Shown: one piece after another, positions 39,801-48,152 of the stretch
Layout: every line of letters starts with the position of its first letter
Position numbering within the stretch: the stretch's first letter is position 1
Assembly (NCBI GenBank): GCA_963666275.2
Contig: CAXXOA010000002.1
Span: forward strand, 576,001 to 640,000
DNA: 64,000 nucleotides
DNA from: Oceanispirochaeta sp.
Lineage (GTDB): Bacteria > Spirochaetota > Spirochaetia > DSM-2461
Direction of reading: 5' to 3'
The notes under the pieces: generated by a model
The model's database searches: none
Seen by the model: only the letters and a program-made list of their open reading frames with translations
What the model was told of the DNA's origin: nothing
Program-made: the position numbers and the translations under genes

Positions 39801-40600
39801 TTGAACCCTTAACATACGGTTTCTTTTTAAGAGGTCTGGCCGGAGGAGCCCTGGCGGCCCTGGCCTGCGGAATCCTCAGCGGTTTTATTGTCTGGAGAGG
39901 GATGGCTTTTATCGGAGACGCCCTGTCCCATTCTATCCTGCCGGGGATCGTCCTTGCCTATGCGCTGGGTGCCAACCTTCTGGTGGGGGCTCTTCTGTCC
40001 TCCATGGTGGCGGTGGCCGGGATCGGTCTGATCACAAGAAGGAACGGACTGAAAGAGGACTCTGCCATCGGAGTTATTTTTACAGGTTTCTTTGCCCTGG
40101 GAATCATGCTTCTCAGTAAAATTTCCACATCCCAGGATCTGAGTCATATCCTGTTCGGCAATATCCTTGGAATTTCCAATACGGATCTGATTATTATCAG
40201 CGGGATTGTCCTGCTGGTGATGGCAGGGGTTTTCTTTTTCTATAAGGAACTCCTCGTCACATCCTTCGACCCGGTTCATGCTGTGACCATCGGTCTCTCC
40301 CCGCTGCTGATCCACTACGGCCTGCTGGTTGTGGTGGCCCTGACCACAGTGGTCTCCATTCAGTCCGTGGGAGTGGTCCTGATCCTGGCTCTTCTTGTCA
40401 CCCCCGCCGCCTCGGCGTCCATGCTTGTCAAACAGCTCCCCCGGGTGATCGGCCTGGGATCTCTTTTTGCCGTGTTTGCCAGTGTCAGCGGTTTCTATGC
40501 CTCCTACTATCTGGACGTGGCTTCGGGGCCTTCCATTGTGATTATTCTGTCCCTGATTTTCCTGGTCTGTTTTGTAATAAGTCATATCCGGAACCGGTAA
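39785..40600 (+). CDS. Mn/Zn ABC transporter permease
   Basis: GDALSHSILPG, EDSAIG, LFGNILG, PAASA. Confidence 0.92.
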   Translation: MVEWLIEPLTYGFFLRGLAGGALAALACGILSGFIVWRGMAFIGDALSHSILPGIVLAYALGANLLVGALLSSMVAVAGIGLITRRNGLKEDSAIGVIFTGFFALGIMLLSKISTSQDLSHILFGNILGISNTDLIIISGIVLLVMAGVFFFYKELLVTSFDPVHAVTIGLSPLLIHYGLLVVVALTTVVSIQSVGVVLILALLVTPAASASMLVKQLPRVIGLGSLFAVFASVSGFYASYYLDVASGPSIVIILSLIFLVCFVISHIRNR

Positions 40601-40706
40601 TTTTCTGTCCTCCCGGGGATGTCGGGGCGCAGTAAGAAAGTTTCTGCTTTAATTTAAACTAATTCAGAGTAATCTCTGTGAGAAACGATTATAATGGTAA
40701 TTAATC

Positions 40707-41729
40707 ATGAATTTCCGAAAGTTTCTGGGAGTTCTGTTTCTCCTCTCTCTGTTTCCGCATCGCTCCTTTCTGACAGCTCAGATCCTTGAAGCCGCCAATA
40801 TCAGGGTGCTCCTCCTGGTGGAGTATGACGGGGAAGAGGACAATGTCCCTCTCCAATCTGTCATAACGGATTCGGTTTCTCTGGAATTTACTATCCGAAA
40901 TCTTGATGTCCTGGTTGTGGAACCTGAGGATCTGGACGCTCTTTCCTCCGGTGATGAAGATCCTCTTGCCGCTCTGGAGCGCCGCAGCCGTTCCTCCTAT
41001 GTGATGCATGTTCTCTACAGCGTGGACAAGGGGAAGGTGGAACTCAAAACGGAGTGCCTCCGGATCAGTGACAGTTCTTCCCTTTTGAAGGAAACCTTTA
41101 AGGTCCCTGTCGGACTGTCTCTGGACGATGAGATACAGCAGGAGGTGAGCGGCTACATTGACAGGATAGAGGCTGATATCCAGGAGAATCCGGACCTCAT
41201 GACCTATTTAGTGTATGAGGAGGAAAAGGATTCTGCCCCCGCCTCTTTTCCCGTCCCCGGAATCACGACGACTTTTACCTTTTTTATGCCCCTGGGGGAA
41301 TCGATGGACTATCTGGGATACGGTATCAATCCGCGGATCAGGGCTCACTATCCTCTCCCTCTTTCTTTTGGAGAGATCGGATTCGGCTGGTCCGTTTCAG
41401 TCAATTCTGTATCGGCGGAAGGGGAACTGAACACGTCGCGGAATATTTTTACAAGCACTGGTCCGGATATCCTTCTGAAATGGAACTTCCTTGACCGGTA
41501 CTATCTCTATGCGGGCCTTTCCGGGGGAATGTGTATCTGGATGGTGAATAGAAACAGCGAAGGCTACCAGGGTGTTCTGCTCCCCGGCCTGATTGCCGAT
41601 GCAGGAGCCGGATGGGCCTATAATGACTGGATCCATCTTGTCCTCGGTGCGGACTATTCTCTCTATTTTGAAGAATCTCTGAATATTATGGGGATTTCTC
41701 CCTCTCTGGGAGTATATTTAAATTTATAA
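40707..41729 (+). CDS. Exported protein with C-terminal outer-membrane beta-barrel-like region
   Basis: Signal peptide; alternating aromatic/glycine strands ending SLGVYLNL. Confidence 0.55.
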   Translation: MNFRKFLGVLFLLSLFPHRSFLTAQILEAANIRVLLLVEYDGEEDNVPLQSVITDSVSLEFTIRNLDVLVVEPEDLDALSSGDEDPLAALERRSRSSYVMHVLYSVDKGKVELKTECLRISDSSSLLKETFKVPVGLSLDDEIQQEVSGYIDRIEADIQENPDLMTYLVYEEEKDSAPASFPVPGITTTFTFFMPLGESMDYLGYGINPRIRAHYPLPLSFGEIGFGWSVSVNSVSAEGELNTSRNIFTSTGPDILLKWNFLDRYYLYAGLSGGMCIWMVNRNSEGYQGVLLPGLIADAGAGWAYNDWIHLVLGADYSLYFEESLNIMGISPSLGVYLNL

Positions 41730-41745
41730 GCAGAGGAAATGGAAT

Positions 41746-43620
41746 ATGAAACTGACGTATTCTCATGCATCTGCCCCTGTCCTAAAAACCCGGATCCTGA
41801 GATTCTGGTTTCTCATTTTCCTGATTGCCTCATGCAAACAGCCATTTTCATTCAAAGAGATTCTTGATGAACCTGCCACAGATCCTGCTCCCCTGACGAT
41901 CAATCCTCAATCGGCAACTCTGTATATTGAGAGCAGTCTGAATTTTTATGTTTCCGGAGGATCCGAACCCTATTCCTATTCTGTTACAGAGGGAACAGGA
42001 TCCATTACGGAAGAGGGATTATATACAGCCCCTGAGACTGCCGGAACAGAAGTTATTACAGTGGAAGACAGGTCTGGGGATAGTATTACAGCCACTCTGA
42101 CTATTACAGACCAGCAGCTGAATGCGGATTATTACGTTGCAAGTTTATCCAATTCCCCCTCTGTTGCCTCCGTTGGTTCCATGATCGGGCAGAGCTTTGT
42201 TTATGCCAATCAGGGCGTAGATGGGGGTGCTGTCAAGGTCTTCTGGAGCGCCTATATCTCTACAGATACAGAACTGGACGGAGCCGATATCCTTGCCTCT
42301 TCCGGTCTGGTAGATCCCCTGGCTGCCGGAGCCGCTTCGGCTTCCATTCCCATTGGGGGGAACTGGCCTGTTTCGGGAGGTATCTATTATCTGTTGGTCA
42401 GGCTCACTTCCGCAGACGACAGGGATCCTTCCAATAATAATGAATCAAGCGCTGCCTTTACCATTAACGCGTCCAGTTCGGATATAGACTATGTGGTTAC
42501 ATCCATAACAACCAAATATCCCACGGTCTCCACGGGAAGCCTCTGCGGTGAAACTTTCAAAATCTCCAATATTGGCGGAATGGACGGCTCTGCGGTCATC
42601 AACTGGTCTGCCTATGCTTCGACAGATCTGATTATAGACGGAGGAGACACCCTGATTGATTCGGATACCACATCCTTTGCGGGGCTTGTTTCCGGGGATA
42701 CCTCGTCTAATATTCCCATCAACGGATCCTGGCCGGGTACCGCTGGAACCTATTATCTGCTTGTTCAGATCTCCTCGGCAGATGAGACCATCACTTCCAA
42801 TAATATCGGGTCTCAGGGAAGCTATGAGGTGGTGGCTCCTCCTGACTATATAGTCTCCAATGTGGTGTACCAGACTCAGGGATCAACCGGGCAGCCCTTC
42901 AGTGACGATGGTGTATATAGTTTTGAAATCAAGGAGATCGCCGGGAATGACGGCAGCCAACCCATAGGTTATGAAGTTTTTTATTCTCTGGATACCATAC
43001 TGGATGCCGGGGATACTTCCATTTTTAGTGGAAGTCATATTCCTTTGGCCGCGAATACCTTTTCAGGAGCTATTTCTTTTGAAAGTGCTGTGAATGCGGT
43101 CTGGCCGAGTCTGGGAGGCTATTACAACCTTATCATTAGCCTTGTCTCGGGAGACGATTCCAATTCTTTCAATAACATTTATGTGACTCCTGCTAGTATA
43201 ACCGTGCCGGAAGTTGTTACGGAAAATATTCTTGATGACAACTCTTCCATTGCACCGCCATGGACCAATGTTTCTACAATCCCCATGGACAGTGTCGCAG
43301 GCCTGAAATTAGGGGAGTTGATCTATGTGGATGGACAGATGGATGGAAGCGCCTCTACCTATGACACCTATAGTATCGATGTAGAGAATATTGCTGCTAT
43401 CGATCTGACAGTTCTCTGGAGTACTGGTTCTGATTCTATTAATGTCCATTTCTGGGATTCCACAGGGGCTGGAGATTCCTACACAGATACCGGTAATGAT
43501 GAAGAGCCTAAGAATCCTCCGGAAAGAATCGCCGTATCATCCAATTCAACCTACTATATTGGGATTGAATTTCTGGGAACCGATACGGCCGCTTACCGGA
43601 TTATTCTTCACGGGAAATAG
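41746..43620 (+). CDS. Surface lipoprotein with Ig-like and three CARDB-like repeats
   Basis: Lipobox LIASC; three ~120-aa repeats of form DYxV...Y.S.D...D..D...WP...G.Y.L...S.D....NN. Confidence 0.7.
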   Translation: MKLTYSHASAPVLKTRILRFWFLIFLIASCKQPFSFKEILDEPATDPAPLTINPQSATLYIESSLNFYVSGGSEPYSYSVTEGTGSITEEGLYTAPETAGTEVITVEDRSGDSITATLTITDQQLNADYYVASLSNSPSVASVGSMIGQSFVYANQGVDGGAVKVFWSAYISTDTELDGADILASSGLVDPLAAGAASASIPIGGNWPVSGGIYYLLVRLTSADDRDPSNNNESSAAFTINASSSDIDYVVTSITTKYPTVSTGSLCGETFKISNIGGMDGSAVINWSAYASTDLIIDGGDTLIDSDTTSFAGLVSGDTSSNIPINGSWPGTAGTYYLLVQISSADETITSNNIGSQGSYEVVAPPDYIVSNVVYQTQGSTGQPFSDDGVYSFEIKEIAGNDGSQPIGYEVFYSLDTILDAGDTSIFSGSHIPLAANTFSGAISFESAVNAVWPSLGGYYNLIISLVSGDDSNSFNNIYVTPASITVPEVVTENILDDNSSIAPPWTNVSTIPMDSVAGLKLGELIYVDGQMDGSASTYDTYSIDVENIAAIDLTVLWSTGSDSINVHFWDSTGAGDSYTDTGNDEEPKNPPERIAVSSNSTYYIGIEFLGTDTAAYRIILHGK

Positions 43621-45439
43621 GTTCCACCATTCTGGTCAGATCAGACAGTATCTCCTGATAGAGATCCTTCTGCTCCGGATCGTCCGGGGAGGGCAGGTAG
43701 ATGGATTCCTTCAGAAGGGCATCCAGCATGGAGGCGGTTTCTCTCAGGGCCAGGGTTTTTCCGATCGATGCCTGAATGATCCCGTAGCTGTCCATATACT
43801 CTTCCAGAGAGTTGTACACATCGGGAGACTCCCGGCTGACCGTATCAGACACCAGGATCTCTTTTAAAAGGACCTTTTTCTGCAGCAGTTTCAGGAGGTC
43901 CTCCTCATTGTCCGCATAGGGGAGGCCCTCCTGAATTTCGTCCATTACAGTATCGAGGTTCCGGATGGTTTCCATGAGCTCCAGACGGGTTTTGTAATCG
44001 ACTCTGGCATATTCCAGAAAGGCCAGATCTTCGTCGCTAATCAGATTGGACTGCACTTCGGCAATGGCCGACCGGGCTCCCATTGACCGGAGATTGTTCA
44101 TGATCTCAAGGATAGAGTTGCTGTTCAGTCCTGTAAGAGTCAGAGCATTGTAGTAGTCCTGCCTGGCTGTGAGATCATTTTTGGAAAGGAACGCCCTCTG
44201 TCCCTTCTGGAATTCCTGTTCAAACCGGAGCATCAGCTCATTCCGCTCCGACTCTTCCATACTCTGGAGTACCTGGTATCCGGACTGAAGATCCGGTATA
44301 AGAGCCAGAGCTTTCAGAATCGCCTCTTTCGCTTCGGGGAAGCGGCTGCTGTCAAAATGCTGCTGTCCCTCTTCTATAAGCGCTGTTATTTCAGCAAATA
44401 CAGGCGGAGGCCCTGTCTCTCCGTCCAGAGGCTGTGACAGCAGGATCATGGTGTCCAGAGTATCAAGGATCCTTCGATCCGTACCTGCCCGGCTCATAAG
44501 GGCCGGGTATTCTGCGAAGTTCCCGTTACTGAGGAATGTTTTAAAAGTATCTATCTCCTCCAGAGCCCGGGGATAGTTCCCGGACTGGAGTGATTGGGTG
44601 ATTCCGTCAAAAGACGCGTTGATCTGGCTGTCCAGGAACTGTTCGTTTTCCAGTTTTTTCGTCAGAGTTTCAAAGGCCTGTTCTGTGGTGCTACGGGTTC
44701 TCTGCTGTTCCGTCAGGTCAGCCGTGAGGGTTTCTTTCTCCCTCTGAGCCGATTCCAGTGACTCCTCCATCCTGGCGATCTCCTCTTCCAGTTCCTGCTC
44801 CCGGCGGAGCCTCTTCTCCTCTTCCGCTGCAAGGGAAGCTTTGAGTTCCTCTTCATACTGATCCTGAAGGCTGCTTCTGAGAGAGTCCAGCTGCTCGTCT
44901 ATGGCTTCCTGATTCATGTTCAGAGCCAGAAGGCGATCCTCCTCCCGGCTGAGCTGATCTTCCAGCCTTCGGGCCAGGGCCTCTTCCAGCCTTATCCTTT
45001 CGCTTTCCGCCTCCATGAGCAGGATCTCTTTCTGGTCTAGAAGGGAGTCCATTTCCGTCTGAATCCGGGAAATCTCACTCTCCTTTTCTGTGAGTTCCTT
45101 TTCCGATTCTTCTCTCAGCGCTGTAATGATCCGGCTTTCGGTCAGGTTAACAGAAGAGCTGTTTGATATGATTTCCTGCTCGGAGATGCTGAAGTAGATT
45201 ATGAGAGAGGCACCGACAATCAGTAAAACCGCCAGAGAGACCAGATTTATCAGGATCGGGAAGGTCCTTCCTTTTTTTCGGGGGCTGAATCGGAAGGTTT
45301 CGCTGGTTATTTTAAGTTTACCCCGGTCTATGGCCCTGTCTATTTCAGCATAGACCTGGTCTCTTTCGGACAGAGGGATGGATTCTATTTCAAAAAAGTG
45401 ATCATGGATCGGTGTCGCTCTTTCCAGTAAACCAGACAT
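43601..45439 (-). CDS. Single-TM coiled-coil/TPR-like protein
   Basis: One TM helix, long E/L/Q-rich heptads, TPR-like helices; start uncertain (45439 or 45472). Confidence 0.6.
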   Translation of the reverse strand: MSGLLERATPIHDHFFEIESIPLSERDQVYAEIDRAIDRGKLKITSETFRFSPRKKGRTFPILINLVSLAVLLIVGASLIIYFSISEQEIISNSSSVNLTESRIITALREESEKELTEKESEISRIQTEMDSLLDQKEILLMEAESERIRLEEALARRLEDQLSREEDRLLALNMNQEAIDEQLDSLRSSLQDQYEEELKASLAAEEEKRLRREQELEEEIARMEESLESAQREKETLTADLTEQQRTRSTTEQAFETLTKKLENEQFLDSQINASFDGITQSLQSGNYPRALEEIDTFKTFLSNGNFAEYPALMSRAGTDRRILDTLDTMILLSQPLDGETGPPPVFAEITALIEEGQQHFDSSRFPEAKEAILKALALIPDLQSGYQVLQSMEESERNELMLRFEQEFQKGQRAFLSKNDLTARQDYYNALTLTGLNSNSILEIMNNLRSMGARSAIAEVQSNLISDEDLAFLEYARVDYKTRLELMETIRNLDTVMDEIQEGLPYADNEEDLLKLLQKKVLLKEILVSDTVSRESPDVYNSLEEYMDSYGIIQASIGKTLALRETASMLDALLKESIYLPSPDDPEQKDLYQEILSDLTRMVEPISREE

Positions 45440-45516
45440 AACACCACCAGAAAATAACAAAATTTCTCTCAATTGAAGATAAAAACAATTATAATAACTA
45501 TTGAACAGGAAAACAA

Positions 45517-47175
45517 ATGACTATACGTTCAAAAATCATATATGTTTTTCTCCCCCTCCTTGTGGTTCCCCTTATTCTTACACTGCTGGTGGGTGTCCTC
45601 TCTACCCGGAATGGGATTACCCATATAGCCTCCCAGCAGATGGCCTTCAAATCAAGAATCCTGAATCAGTTTATGGAAAACCAGTGGCTCCTGCTTGTGA
45701 ACAATGGGTTTTCAGAGAATGAGGCATACCTTTCTGTTTCAAAAAAAACAATAGAAGATTATGCGGGAACCCTGGTGGAAAACAGGGAAGAGCTTATTTT
45801 TGCTCTGGATGCCCTGGGGAATGTGACCATGAACACCGGTGACTTTGACATGGCCCCGGAGACGGGTCTGTCCATATCCAGTGAGTTCAAAGATCAGGGA
45901 AAGAAGTGGATTGAGTTTTCCATGGGAAAGGAGCGTTTTGTTTCGGATGTGACAGCTTTTGAGCCCTACGGATGGACCGTGGTCAATGCGGTACAGAGGG
46001 AGTTCTTTTTCGGCTATATCATGACCATGGTGATGAGAATCCTTCTGATATTCCTTATTTCCCTGACAGCCTCTGTGATCCTTCTTATATTTTTCTCGGG
46101 CTATCTGACAAAGCCTCTTCTCAGGATTGCCGAAGTGATCCGGAAAATTATCGAGACCAATGACCTCTCTGTAAAAGTGGATATCTTTTATGACGATGAA
46201 ATCGGGGAGATCGGCCATTACTTCAATATCATGACAAGGGAGCTGGACCTGGCCAATGATCAGATGAAAAACTATGCTCTGAAGGCCGTTGTGGCCAAGC
46301 GGAACGAAATGAAGATCCGGAATATTTTTCAGAAGTATGTGCCCAAGGAAGTGATTGATCAGTACTACGGCGAACCCGAGTCCATGCTGGAGGGAGACAG
46401 CCGGGTTCTGGGGATTCTCTTTTCGGATATCCGGAAATTTACGACCTTTTCGGAAAAACTCCCTCCCCATGAGGTTGTTGAGTCGCTGAACCGGTATTTT
46501 GAATATATGGTTGATATCATCATGGATCACAAGGGGATCGTAGACAAGTATATCGGCGATGCGATCATGGCTTTTTTCGGAGCCCCTGTGCATCATGACA
46601 ACGATGCCCTGGAAGCCACCAGAGCCGGTCTTTCCATGCTGGAGCAGGTGGAATCTTTTAACCAGTGGCAGAGGAAATACGGAAGGTCGCCCTTTCATAT
46701 CGGTGTGGGGATCAATTACGGTTATGTGACCGTAGGGAATATCGGGACAGAGAAAAAGATGGACTATACTGTCATCGGCGATATGGTCAACCTGGCCTCC
46801 CGGCTGGAAGGGCTGACAAAGTATTACAACCAGCCGATTCTATTGTCCCAGTCTGTTCAGATCAAGGTCCGGGAGGAGCTGCCCTGCCGCCTTGTCGACA
46901 AGGTTGTGGTGAAGGGAAAAACAGAAGGGACCAATATCTATACCGTCAAAAGAGAGCTGACCGAAAAGGAAAAGGAGCTCTGGCTCAGCTATGATGACGG
47001 GATTACCCAGTATTACAAAGGGAACTTTACAGAGGCCGAAAAGTTTTTCAAAGAAGCCCTGACTTACGTGCCCGATGATTTCTGCTCCCTTCAGTTTATG
47101 AAGCGGTGCAAACATTACATGAAGTATCCGCCTGTCGAGAACTGGTCCGGCGCTGTCGTGCTTCAGGCCAAATAG
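45517..47175 (+). CDS. Membrane class III adenylate cyclase (Cache-HAMP-cyclase-TPR)
   Basis: LFSDIRKFT, DKYIGDAIMAFFGAP, DYTVIGDMVNLASRLEG; K/D residues indicate ATP specificity. Confidence 0.9.
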   Translation: MTIRSKIIYVFLPLLVVPLILTLLVGVLSTRNGITHIASQQMAFKSRILNQFMENQWLLLVNNGFSENEAYLSVSKKTIEDYAGTLVENREELIFALDALGNVTMNTGDFDMAPETGLSISSEFKDQGKKWIEFSMGKERFVSDVTAFEPYGWTVVNAVQREFFFGYIMTMVMRILLIFLISLTASVILLIFFSGYLTKPLLRIAEVIRKIIETNDLSVKVDIFYDDEIGEIGHYFNIMTRELDLANDQMKNYALKAVVAKRNEMKIRNIFQKYVPKEVIDQYYGEPESMLEGDSRVLGILFSDIRKFTTFSEKLPPHEVVESLNRYFEYMVDIIMDHKGIVDKYIGDAIMAFFGAPVHHDNDALEATRAGLSMLEQVESFNQWQRKYGRSPFHIGVGINYGYVTVGNIGTEKKMDYTVIGDMVNLASRLEGLTKYYNQPILLSQSVQIKVREELPCRLVDKVVVKGKTEGTNIYTVKRELTEKEKELWLSYDDGITQYYKGNFTEAEKFFKEALTYVPDDFCSLQFMKRCKHYMKYPPVENWSGAVVLQAK

Positions 47176-47241
47176 GGCAGATGAACTTTACCTTACCCGT
47201 TGTTGCAGTAATGTCCTGTACACAGAAGGAATTGATTGATA

Positions 47242-47270
47242 TTGACAAGTTAAATGGTTTTTTATACTAT
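47242..47270 (+). promoter_or_regulatory. sigma70-type promoter of the tRNA transcript
   Basis: TTGACA-N17-TACTAT. Confidence 0.75.
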
Positions 47271-47281
47271 TAGCCACCATC

Positions 47282-47362
47282 GGGCTGGTCGTAAGCTTCG
47301 CTTACTGCTCGCCCATGCATCCGGGGCTAGTCGTAGATTCGTCTACTTCTCGCCCATGCATC
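47282..47362 (+). repeat. Two tandem ~40-nt hairpin units in the tRNA leader
   Basis: GGGCTGGTCGTAAGCTTCGCTTACTGCTCGCCCATGCATC and GGGCTAGTCGTAGATTCGTCTACTTCTCGCCCATGCATC. Confidence 0.85.
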
Positions 47363-47365
47363 TAA

Positions 47366-47439
47366 GGGCCTATAGCTCAGTTGGTTAGAGTCCCTGACTC
47401 ATAATCAGGTTGTCCTAGGTTCAAGTCCTAGTGGGCCCA
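47366..47439 (+). tRNA. tRNA with CAT anticodon, most likely tRNA-Ile2 (lysidine)
   Basis: Cloverleaf with CCTGA CT CAT AA TCAGG; paired G1-C72 (not initiator); C4-G69 and C5-G68 match TilS determinants. Confidence 0.92.
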
Positions 47440-47531
47440 CTAAGCACTCCATTTTTGGAGTGCTTTTTTTATGTCTAAACGCTTATAATACATGGGTTTA
47501 ATGTGTTTTAGATAAAACGGGTGTCTGGTTT
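47419..47531 (+). repeat. Left att repeat (tRNA 3' end, terminator and flank)
   Basis: 47419-47470 identical to 56037-56088 (52 bp); gap-free similarity continues 61 bp with 9 mismatches. Confidence 0.92.
47442..47470 (+). terminator. Intrinsic terminator of the tRNA
   Basis: AAGCACTCC..GGAGTGCTTTTTTT. Confidence 0.85.
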
Positions 47532-48095
47532 TTAACGGGGACTGACGCCTTTATCGACGCCAATTGAAAATTCTTATGGTCCTGGAATGATGAAGGAATT
47601 CTGTTTAATCCGGAAAAGTTTCTATTTTACCTGCTCTCACGACCGCATCGCATAATGGGTATTATGAAGTATGAAAACATATCTTTTATGTACTACAAAG
47701 CTCTCTATCAAGAATAAACATAAGAAAAAAAATAAAAAAGAAGGGGTAGTATTTAAGTACCAGAAAAATACTACTTTCATTTTTAACATACTACTTACGT
47801 GCATTTTGCATCTATTTATAACACTTATTTACTACCTATTTCTGGATAATCTCTCAGTCAGTTGTCAATCAGATTTTTGATCCTATAAAATCATCATTGA
47901 TTTATTTCTGGTTTGTTGTATTAATAAGATTGTTTAAGGTTTTCATAAGGGTCGAAAAAGTTTTTCTGCAACATGGGTATTATGAAAACAGCTTTTTTTA
48001 ATTGCTCTTCATTATACCTCAATAAATAACAGACTCATAAAAAATACCGGTGAAAATCTTCTTTAAGACATAGTTATGAATCTCTGGAGGTCGAT

Positions 48096-48152
48096 ATGAA
48101 TATTATTCGAATAGTTTATTTCAGTGTCAAAAAATGTGTGGGAATAAATTGA
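48096..48152 (+). CDS. 18-aa leader or remnant ORF MNIIRIVYFSVKKCVGIN
   Basis: GGAGG RBS at 48086-48090; stop overlaps the next ATG (TGATG). Confidence 0.4.
   Translation: MNIIRIVYFSVKKCVGIN

Noticed and set aside
47282..47362. Possible CRISPR array
   Set aside because: Only two units, no spacers, no cas genes in the window
47366..47439. Calling the CAT tRNA an initiator tRNA-fMet
   Set aside because: G1-C72 is paired and there are no three consecutive G-C pairs in the anticodon stem; elongator Met is not fully excluded
47671..47880. 69-aa Lys-rich ORF at the island start
   Set aside because: Low-complexity AT-rich sequence with no RBS; more likely regulatory DNA
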